Shown here: positions 42,201 through 54,200 of the stretch, piece after piece | Position numbering within the stretch: position 1 is the first letter of the stretch | Layout: each line of letters begins with the position of its first letter | NCBI GenBank assembly: GCA_030141605.1 | Contig: JAQGDQ010000024.1 | Location: forward strand, 1,054,001 to 1,118,000 | DNA: 64,000 nt | Direction: 5' to 3' | Origin: Tubiluchus corallicola | Lineage: Eukaryota > Animalia > Priapulida | Position numbers and translations under genes: made by a program | Notes under the pieces: generated by a model | Databases searched by the model: none | Told to the model about the DNA's origin: nothing | What the model saw: the letters and a program-made list of their open reading frames with translations, nothing else

Positions 42201-45200
42201 GAAAATTTTATAAAACAATACCAGACCATAGTAATTTAAAAATTAACATTAATATTATTACGGTTATTAGCTTCGTTCATTAGATAACAGGTATTTTACA
42301 TAACTGCATTAATTGTACAGAATCATCATCATTCATTTGGGCAAGGCTGACAAGACCGAGTCTTCAATAACTAGAGAGTGTTCAGTATAATTATCAGAGC
42401 AACCTTATTAGCATATTTATCAGCTGGTTTCTGACCCTAATTGTTGTGAAAGGACCGCTAAACGGCTGTCGTTACTAAGAACGCCAAGAAAATGAGTTTA
42501 GTTTACATTTTTTTAAATTTACACAAACAAAACTAAACTGAATGTTTTAGTGAGAAACAACTGTATTATTAAGAAATTAAAATTTTAATACAAGCCATAA
42601 TTAAAGTTTGATAATACCAACAATAAAATTCTACTTACATAATTACATAATTATAAAACAGCATACAAAGACATTGCAATATCCATTACATAAACCAGTG
42701 AAGTATCATTTACAAGAATAAAGTTAACATTTAAAATGAGCATTTTTCACTACAAGTCCATATTTTGCTACTTTATGGAAAAAGAGACTTGAGAAGGCCT
42801 CTGAAGCAGAACTGTCACTGGCAAAAGCCTATGAATTGTTTTAATCTTGCATAAACTTTGTACATTCTAGGGCATTCAACGAGCCACTCAAAGCTTCACT
42901 GTATGGCTTCAGATCACTTGGGTCATTGCTCTAAAATTTCAGATGAATGTTTAAATCTGTTTTCAGGAAGCAGTTCATTACGAACCATTATGAACAGAGC
43001 TAGATTACCCTATAGCCTGGTATAGGCTGCAGCCTAGGGCTCCTCAAGCTTGTGGCGCCCACACTTTACTGGCCTTAAAAAAGGAGGCCCGTCTGAAAAT
43101 CCGTTTTAAAGTGGCTCCTCATTTGAGATAAAGGATCTCTGTTTGATGCCTTTTATTTGAGACAAAGGGTCCTTGTTTGAGGGCTTTTACTTGAGATAAG
43201 GGCCCCTCCTTGAAGGCCTTTATTTGAAAACTGGGGCCCCAGCTACGAAAATGTCGTTAAAATATATGAAAAGTAAAAATATTTAAGACAAGTGTGAGTA
43301 AATTAGAAAGAGGCTCTGTTTGAAGGAGCCCCATAATTTAATTAGCCTAGGGGCCCCAAAAGGACATAATCTGGCCCTGATTATGATCCCTCATTAATTG
43401 CTTTGGTTCACGGATAGACAATAACTTAGATTTTCAGGTAAAGTTTTTGAATAGGTTCTACTTTAAAAACAAAACTAGCACTAGTATGACCACATTAAAG
43501 TTGTACATAAAAAAAACTAAATTTCCTGCCACCTAAGTTTCATGTGAAAATCCTTTTTCATAGACTCCACCACCCTCCCTTGTTACTAATGTTGTTCTCC
43601 CCTATAAGGCATAATTTTATGATATAAAAAAGAAGGCAATATTACATTTACGATCTTTTTATATGCCGAGCTTATAATCAATAAATTTACTTGACCTATT
43701 TAACAGTACTGCATTAACTACATAGATTTATACAACGTTAGTTAATTTGTCAAAGTTAGTTATAAAAATTAGCTATCACATGTCATAAATACTGAAATAT
43801 CAAATAACTAGGGGTGAGCATCGAACATTCGATTTGAAACTGAAATTATAGAATAATTCAGCATTTCAACTGCATGTTCTCTTTGTCATTAAAACGTTTG
43901 AAACATCATGCAATCTGCACAGTTTAACTGCAATTTCTGCAAACAATTTTAAAACAAGCTATTAGTGCTTTTACTCCCGAACAAAATCAGATAGTATGCA
44001 TGATCTTTGTGAGACCACTTTTTAGTAGTAATTCAAAAATTTATTGGAAAATCTTTAAAAATGAATTTGAATCGGATTGGAAAATGCTGAAATTCAGGTT
44101 GATTTGAATTCGACAATCACAAATTCGATTCGGCTCAAATTTGCTTTCTGGTAGAGAATGCTCATCCCTACAAATAGCTGCTTACCCTTTGGACACAGTC
44201 ATGATCACACCTTCTCGACACATTTGATCATAATAGTCAAATGGAGAATAATAGGCAGGAACACAAGCGCCAGCCGAGTTCTTCTTATAAGCCACATCAC
44301 TGTAACAATGGGAAAAGCACCTAAGTGTGCATCTAATCTACTTCAGAAGTAACGTTATCATAACTTTCTTACCCACGGCTCATAATTTTCACCACACCTT
44401 CGGGGCAAATAGGGTGTCCCTGGAAAAAGTCAGCACTTTCTTCCCCAAAAATACTGCAATCATCTTGATAGCCGGGCGGTCGTGTTTCGCTGTCGCTACA
44501 CATGCAGAGAAAAAACAACATCATGCAAGCAACAAGCTAACCACACAGCAAGCAGTGAAACATAAACACAGATTATTCAAAATACACGATGATAAGGACC
44601 ATCATTTTTCGTTTACATTCTTTTATAAATTTTTCTTGGAGATTTGTGAATTTTTTATTTCAATCAATTAAAAATGGCAAACTGAGTGAAGAACTCAAGT
44701 AAAAAATGCAAAGTTTATATCAGCAATCATTATTTCAATATAAATTAGAAGTGTGTAAATCATAAATTGTGTCTTTAGAAATCAAAATCAAAACAATATC
44801 TAAAAAAAGTATAACTAAAATACAATTAGGACAAAATTTTGAAATATGGCTGTAAATAAACTGCAAATGTACATGTACATCTAGGCACATAATATTCAGC
44901 CAGTATTAGTAAAAACCGAAGATGATGGTACTTACAGATAGTTCAAATAAAGTAAACAACCGTTTACAAGCTTATTAGAGGATACACAAAGAAGAGGTGA
45001 CAGCTCAAGTTTAATGTTCAAAGCATGCAAATAAAAACACACGATACCACAGGGTAATCAGGAGACGCAAACCGAGTGACCAGACATTAAACACATAAGA
45101 AATCAACAGCACTCTGTTATTTGAAACAAATGTTGTAAAAAACACACTGACGTGGTAATAAGCATACATAATCATGCTAAGCTTCTGTTAGTGAGCACAG

Positions 45201-48200
45201 CACACAAGCCATAAAAGACCGCTATTCCTGAATAGGTTTATGCACCTTTAACTGCTTAAGCAAAATTACTAAGCAAAATCACATAAACAAATAAATAAAT
45301 GGCCATAGAGGTGATTTAAAAGAATTTAATTAGACAAAGGCTCTCACAACCAGAGCTGAAATATTATTTTTTAAACTTTTAACACTGTTTATTTTATTTG
45401 TGCTAACTTAAGGGACGAAAATACAACAAATATTAAAATTCACGTGAACTTTTATAATATTACTTAGGTTATCAAATAAGAATCAAGAACTCGTAGAGTT
45501 CATGCAGAGATATTTTGTAACTTACCACTCAAAGTCTTCTCTTGTACAGGTACAGTTCAATGTTGTGATAGCGCGATCGTAATCTCGACCATTGTAGCAA
45601 CGAGCATATGTTAGTCTTCGCTCATAAGTTGTGTTCCTTCCCAATAAACAGTGTGACCCAGGATGATCGTAGCCCGGAGACCAAAGTTTATAATCATCAT
45701 CTGTACAATCCTCACCTAAATAAGAACACAACAAATTTATACATACAACTACTAGCTAAGAAGCATCAACGTACATAAGTGTAAGATCACCTTACTTAGA
45801 TAATAAATAAGTGTAATAACAAAACTAAAAGCAAAAAAATGTTTGTCATTACCTAACACTTTACGCATGTCGGCTTTAATCAAGACCCATTTGTGAGCTC
45901 CAACTTTGGATCCAAACAATGTAAAGACTGTGGTTTTCTCACCCGGTTCAGTAAGAATACCATAGATATGTAGAGGTTCATCAGTTGTAATATTGGCGGG
46001 GAGCCAGGTGCGTCCTTCGGTATAAGAATACCTGTCAAAAACATATAGGTGCTAAACACATTTGAATTTTACAAAATACAAGTGCACATTTCATAAGTCG
46101 AAGAAGATAGCAGTATTAACAATAATGACTGCAACATGGAAAACTCTACGTGTTTTTCATCTGCCATACCATATGCAGACAAATACACTTAAAGGAGTTA
46201 ATTAAAAATGCAGGCGATTGTTAAATTAATTAAAACAAATCATTATCTACAAACAAAGCATACACAAAGGGTTATTCTTCTATTACAAATAAATAATAAA
46301 TTAAGTCTACGATTGACAAATAAAGTCTACTATTAACGTAAAAGTAGCTAAACATTTGCTATATTAATGTATTTAATCATATTTATGTGATTAATGATAT
46401 TTATTAATTGTATTTCAAAAATTGCATAACACTTTTGCCAATGTATTTACTGCACGCCATATTTTTGAAAAAAGGCAAGCTTAATGTGGCAAAAGCTACA
46501 AATAAATAGACACTCCTACTGATGAAACCCATCAGTTTAGGTATTTATCAGCAACAACACTTATTGTTTTATAAAAACTGACATGATAATATGATATAAT
46601 AACAGAATATATTAAAACATACTTAAATTGTGACGTCTTTCCAAATTGCTTAGCAGCAACGATAATGCCACCATGATCCCCAAATGCATAGAAATGATGT
46701 CCTTTTAGTACCTATGAAGAATAACGGCATGTTTCATTGTATCAACAAATATTACTTGGAGCTTATCAACAAAAAGAATTCCTTGTTTAACCAGGAGGTT
46801 TTAATGAGCACAACATGAGCTTGCGACCGACTCACGACGCTTCGTGCTTATCAGTGATATTCATATTAAATGGTATTTGATAATGATACCAGGCAGGCTT
46901 AACAAAATCTCTAATATCTGTGAAGGTATTTTGTTAAATATGCCTGTAATGCAAGCCTATTAATTAATCACGTACGACAAATCAATACCAAGTATTATGA
47001 AACTGAACTTTACTGGTAATGCTGCATACTGAACCATTCTTTTACGACCGGAAAACTTGATAGAAGAAAATCTTAAAATAAAGCATGTCTTTTCTGCTGA
47101 TCTATATCACTACTTCAAGATTGATATACTAACCTCGTGCCACATTGTACCACCCGTAGTAGATACAAAAATGTCTGATTCACGCTTCAAAGATGCACCA
47201 ACAGCACCAGTAGCTATAATAAGTCCAGGAGCAGACTCTTTCGACAGTATTGTAGCCGGTCCTTGCATCTGGTAAATTTGCGAGAACTTCTGTGTCAAGT
47301 GAAGAGAACAGTTTTTGCTCTGTAAAAAAACTAGCAATGTAATATGATGCCATAACAGCAATTATCCGTAAGTAACAACCAAACACAAAACAAGGTCAAA
47401 CATAATGATGAAGTTAATTATAACTTGGAATAGATTAATGTTTCACGTCCAAATTTGAACATTACTTGTAAAACCAAATGCTCGTGCTTGATGCTGCATA
47501 GATAAACGGTCATTGGCTATGCAGTCAAATTTGAACAATGAACATGTTATTATGCAAATGCACTTAAAAAGTTGACACTGAATAGCAACAATCTGAATGC
47601 AAAGGATAGAGATGCAAAACTATATGACTACATCAACGATTAAGAAACTAGTACGTAAATGTTCTGCATACAAGGAACCTATATTGGAAAAAAATAGAAA
47701 GTGGTATGCCAAAGCTTTACATATTCAGGAGATGTCAGCTGCTACATTACATCATTTGATAAATTTCTTTTAAACAACAATTTTTATAACTCCATAAAAC
47801 AAACTTATATAAAACTTTGAAAAGTATTGCTTTCTGAAATATAATTCGAAACTGCACATTACTTAAAAAGCTACTTACTCCGATGCAAAAAGGGTGTCCA
47901 TTAATATCAGCAAAGGGTGCTTTAACACGACTCCATATACCACCCTTATCAAATGTAATGAGTGAAATAGTAGAAGCCAAGTTCATGGAGTCACCTTGAG
48001 CCTGTGATGCGATGTAGACTCCTCGCAGACCTTCAACCTTATGAAAATCTGCAAATGTCTCCTCCACAAAAATGCTGAAAACATCAAATGCAATATACAG
48101 TATAAAAGCCTGGTATGGTATAAATATAATTACATATCATTTATTTATTACTTACACACACTTATTAAACAAAATATTGCTTGCCGTTTTCTAAATAATT

Positions 48201-51200
48201 CATTACAATTTTTAGTATGTTAAGCTGGACATCAAAAACAAACATGAGCTGTAGACTACCTACAGTACTAGGCTAAGAATTTTTTTATGTACCTTAGCCA
48301 TGTATCTTTCGATTTGTTGGGATTTATATAGACAATATTTTCTAATGAAAGTGAAAACCGTGTTCCCTGAACGTCAGAAATGTACAGGTTTGTCTTCATA
48401 TTGTCGTGATTCACACAAGCAAACACTTGGTCCTCCGATGCATCGGGAATGTAATAATCCTTGAAAGAAAACGAGAAATGAAATACAAGGACCCTGCTTA
48501 TAAAAAAGTAACTATTTTACAAACATTATGAATTTTTTTTATCATTAATGCAATAGGCATATTCAGTACCAATACAAAAGCACAACCATAGATATTAGCA
48601 TCTAGCAAGTATAGTAAAAGTTTTATAGTTTTGTGCTAAACTGTTTACCCAGTACATACCAATTCTTCTAAGCCTCCAGGAAATAATGCGCGACGAAACG
48701 CACCCCGATCATAAGAAACCCACAACTGAAGAGTCTCATTTTTTGCACCATATAACTTCTGCAAAAAAAAACGAATAAACATGCTCCTGATGTGCTTTAT
48801 GTTTTTCTAAAATTACATGAAGACCTTAAAGACAACGATAGTCTATCAACACATCCTTGTTATTAGTGGCCACGTTAACTTGTTCAGTATTTTATGTTGA
48901 ATTTTATCACTGCTGCTAAGTACATGATTTTGTGATGCCACATCACTAATACTGAATGTACATGGGCTCCAAAGAAATTGCATGGACACAGTTATCTCAT
49001 ACAAACTGAATACTTTGTTTCTAAACAAAGGTAACAAACCAAAACAAAAATAACAGGCATAAGTACAATAGATTCTTCTCTACTTTTGTGACAATAAGCA
49101 AAATGATTTAAATCCTTTCAAACAGCTTACAATTTTTATTGTATAGGATCCATTCCCGATCCTAAAAACACTTTTATTTTTTTGTTTTTTTACACATTTG
49201 GTAAGCGGCAAACTAAAATACAACACTCGAAGGCAAGGGCTACTTATTGATGACTACTGACAGCAAAAGCAGGACTAGAATATGGCTCACTATAATGGCT
49301 ATTCTCTATGATGAGACACTGAACCAGCAGAAGCACCTTAGCCAAGTCCCTCTCTAAGGCAAGTCAGGATGATGAACAAAACCTCCCACAGCATGTACAG
49401 AGAACCTGACGGGTACACACTCCCTTCACTGATGGTTTGCTTAACTTCTATAACTAAGCACACAACATGGCTTTCAACTGTTCACCTCATCGCATTATTA
49501 CTATCATTATTTTATTATTGCAGTTTTATTTCTAGATAATCTTATCCAACAATGCATCCATGTGCACTTATTAAGTTTATAAAGTTAGTTTGGTCAATTT
49601 CTTTATTATATAGTATACATAAACATTGCAGTAAATCACTACATTAGCTATTTTGGATTTCTCTAGCAAGAAACCAAATCATATACACGTATATGAGTCA
49701 AGCATGTAATATAACACTTGTAAGCATCCAAATGGTTCCTGAATAAACAATTAAGCATTAATTTTTTTCGAACGACCACAAACATTTATTCACTGCAACA
49801 GTGTGTACACTGTAAAAATACTCGTGTTTATCTTGGAAGCGAACATGCCCAAGACTTAATGCACATGCCCATGCCCACCAACTTAATCAATCAAGTAAAA
49901 TAACTATAGTAATGAATGCCCCAGAATAATCTACAGAAATAACACCGAAAAATGTGTTTGAAATTCTCTTCACCTACGACATTGCACTGCTGACTGATCT
50001 TACTTTCATAAATAAATTTCAACGAAACAAATAAACCTAGTTACGGACACTTAGTATTACAATGCAATTTCCTCTTTATTTGTTTTTTAGAAAAAATTTA
50101 GTAAAGGCTGACGAAGGCATTAGTATTCAAAACCGCATATAAAATTAGCCAAGCAAACAGCACTCAGTAGGCTATTCAACTAACATACACAAAGTTATTA
50201 ACCAGTTAAGTACACAGTCTTAAACAAATTTACACACAAAGTGTTTAGATAGACTTTGTAAACAGAGAACAGGAAGCCGGAATAGTACCAGTAAAATCAA
50301 ACACAACGTTCAGAAAGTGGACGTCGCAAAAGTTATGGTCATCTGGCACAATCAAAATACATGTACTGAATATAACAACAATAGTGAACTGAAACTTAGG
50401 ATTACCAAAACGAAAAACACATATGACTATCATTAATTTTTACCAGCATCTAGAGAAAATACGTGAAAATTTAGTAAAATTAGTACGATACCCAGACTAA
50501 TCAGTTCAACTTCTTTGGATATAGTTTTAAGACTACATTTGTTTAAAACATATTGGTAACATAGCTTAATCAATACTAACGGCAATAAGCAAGACATTTG
50601 AAAGAAACAGTATAAACAGACTATTGCAACACTGTATGTAGATGTGAAAGCTTACCGCTTTTTTTGTAGCAAACATGTACTTATCACGAACTTCGAAGTC
50701 CACAACATTTTCCATCAGTATTGCTCGATCTTCGACGAAAAAATCTTCCGATCTAAACACAGTGGATAAACCAGAGGGATCTACTCTTTCCACAAAGATT
50801 GTGTCTGTACTATCATATGGAGATATTCCCCTGGAAACAAGAAACACTCATTTTGAAAGCACTTCAAACCATATGCAACATTTAGTTCTTCTGCGTATTG
50901 CAGTACTTAAATTTCAGCAAGCTGCACCTGTAAATATCATAGTTACCAGTATAAATATCATGGTTACCATCATATTGTTTACCAGCAATACACATCTTGA
51001 TAAAGAATTACAGTCACCAAGATAACAAAAACCACAACTCACCAGAAGAAAGACTTAACGCCATACTGTAAAACCTTCCAAGTGGCGCCAAAATTTCGAC
51101 TTATCCATAACTGCAACAAAAACGCAATAACAGACTATAAAAAACAAAACACATTTATCATGATTTAAAAATCAAAAGAATGCATTAATGTCAACAGTTA

Positions 51201-54200
51201 AATGTAGTAAATTGAAAAATCATTTCATTTTAAAGTGAGTAAACGGAAAACTTACTTTAAATGCTTTAACATGCTTTAACTAATCATCATTAACGTTATG
51301 GCAAAAAGGCGATTAAAGCACAAATTTATGCTAAGTCTTTTACTGAGCAAGTGCCACCTACCCTTTTAAGAGCATCATCTTCGTCAGTTCCTAATATGAT
51401 GGCAGAGTTCTCGGAATGCATGGAAACGTCTGTTGGTTTGAATGGACAATCAAACATCTCAAATGAATGACCGTAGTCGTCTGTAGTAATTGTTTTGTTG
51501 TGCAATATATCAGTAAATACATACTGAAAAAATACAGCAGTTTGTAGTAAATAAAAAAGATTAATTTTAATAGTATTATAGCTAAACATTAACAGCTACA
51601 ACTTACTAGCAGTTAATTTGCAGAAAAGTTACAGAATTACAGATCATAAACTAGAAATAACAGCAACATGATGTCAATCATTTTTAACCTACATCCAGTT
51701 ACACAGATATTTTAAAAGCAGTGTGCCCTGAGGCCAAAATCTCTATACACAAATATTTAGCAATTTGGTAAGAGGATCAGTCAAAAATATAAAAGGCACA
51801 AACTAAAGTGAATAAAGGGTGGTACCAATTTGTTTAAATGTTTGCAAGTTTGGCCGATACTAACAAAACTAATTCTAATTTCATCATGTAAAATGTCCTA
51901 AACTGCATAGAAATGAAAATTTTGGATAATAAATTTAATTTTTAAGACAAAATAGCCTGGAGGGAGATTAGCACAATAAACAATTTTATAGCCTATATGA
52001 CTGTATATATTCTGTTTGACGTCATGTGTGTAGAAACTTATGTTGGTCAATATCCAGAGATGAACACAATCAAATGCAAATCTAGCCAGTTAAAGTCGCG
52101 AATCTCTTACAATGTGGGGTAACAGAAAACAATGATGCAATTATCTAAAGAGAATAACTAGGAATAATTTTATGTAACAGAAATATTATCACGTGTACAA
52201 AATACCACACATGCATTCATATGCAAAAGCACATTAATAACAAGTATTTACTTACATGGCTATTAAAAACTGGGCTATTATAAAAGTAGTTAATCACAGT
52301 ATTTGGCATGAAACGATTCTGCTTTTCCACAAATGTTGCTCCGTAATCATAAGAGAAGAAAACTTGACTAGTGGATTTGTTAGTTGGTGTAATGTCCCTA
52401 GCTAAGGCAACAATAACATCACTTCCTTCTCCAGCCCAATGTGTTATCAACTGGTGATGGGTATCATTTAACTGTGTCTGAAAATAAAAAAAAGGTCATT
52501 CTGCAAAACTATAAACAAAGAAAATTATCACATTAAATGTAATTTCATAACACTACTACTTGGTTAAAGTATTTATCAGACAATCCTATGCTGCATGAAG
52601 TATAATCATATAGTCAATCAGCTTTCAATACACTTTCTTTTCACAGGTTATACTACTTAAAATTACATACTGCACAGCTGTTTCCCACAGTAAAAGTGCT
52701 AAAATATTACTGAGTTTATAAAGGAAAGTTATAGGACTTCAGGGACGTTAGGCTTATTTCATTGCTTGCAAAAAACATTAGAAGGATTTAGTAATAAAAA
52801 TGTGATAAACTTCATGTAAGTAGTAATAAGATCATGTTAAAGTTTCAACAATTTCATGCTAGGACACTCCCACTTTGAATGCTTATTCTTCCACCAATGA
52901 TGTCGTTTATTGGTAACGAAAGGCACCACACTGTCAAATTCCGTCAAAAGCAAAATTTAAGTTTTTACAAAAAATTTTCTGATATTTTTGCAGGAACATT
53001 AGGTAAGCTGCAATAATTTTAAGCAGTGAATGCACGCTTATGAAAAACCAATATGTGCTTATGAAAAGCCATGAAGTCCGCCGGTTATATCAAAATTTTT
53101 ATGAGAATGGCAGATACCACAGTTCCTGAAAATTTTCGTGCAGCAGTAGTATAGATTAACTGCATGTAATATAGATAATTTTTGCAAGGTTCTTTGTTAT
53201 GTGTAAACAATAACAGGGAAATAAACCCAAAATGCTAAGTAACTTGTCCTTTCTATTTGGCTCAGCAATGCAGCAGCTAAATAAAATGAATACACAAAAT
53301 TAAAGAAGATCTTACTATAAATCGCAAAAGCAAATCTAAAGTTTTTAGCAAACTCATTCAAACGTAAACTTGGATGCAACATGTGGACAAACTTAGTGGG
53401 GATGCTAGGGTAGGGTAACCAGTATACTCAGCTGAATAGTCAAATGCCAAAAATATATCAAACTTTAATTTTATTTAATACTAAGTTTAAAGTATTTTAA
53501 TACTTTTATTTAAAAATGACACTACTGCACCTGTACCATCATGTAAAATAAAGCATGCATTATAATAAAAATAAGGTGTCATGCAGAGGCAGACCCAAGA
53601 CAATTATAGAACCAACTAGGATTGAGGCAGTTGTGGGGTGGGGGTGGGACCAGGGGAAGAAGGTAGGTTGCAGCAAAAGAGCCGCAGAGCTGTACAAAGA
53701 TTTGAAAAGACTTGTAAAGTGTCAATTTTATTAGAATTTATACCACCTACATGTAGTGAATACACACCGAGCACACACAGAATTGTGATTTAAAGCTGTG
53801 ATGTTTAGCAAGATAGTGCTAGGTACTGTTCCTCAAAATTTCTTAGAACTATATTAAGAAGGGAGCCTCTGATTTTGTTTGGCTTACTGTTTCTATCACT
53901 TGGCTAGGGCACAACTTGAAGACAATAAATCTGCAAAATATCTCAGTCACTGAGCACTTCTTACACCTGATGTTGCATAACTAATAAATGAAGTATTTTT
54001 GAGTGTCATAAAGTAACTAAACCGTGAAGTTTTTAAGATATTAGCATATGACTTGTACTGGTTGGCAACTAGGTGGCAAGGCCAGTTGCCATGGTCGAAG
54101 AGTACTTGAAGCCAATCACAAATCAGTAAATCAGCTTTTAAGTTGGAACTGTATAGTGCAATTTTAGTACTGTCGATCGATAAAGCTTGAAAGGCTTGCT

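Noticed and set aside
42840-42932. Possible third 10CC-like exon on - ([25 protein letters not shown])
   Set aside because: Weak AAG acceptor without a pyrimidine tract, an in-frame stop, no C.EG motif and no donor.
44501-45510. Identical 10-mer CATGCAGAGA exactly 1000 bp apart, and possible docking-selector pairing for the alternative exons
   Set aside because: The copies are direct rather than complementary, and I found no complementary stretch longer than about 6 bp, so an RNA-pairing mechanism is unsupported.
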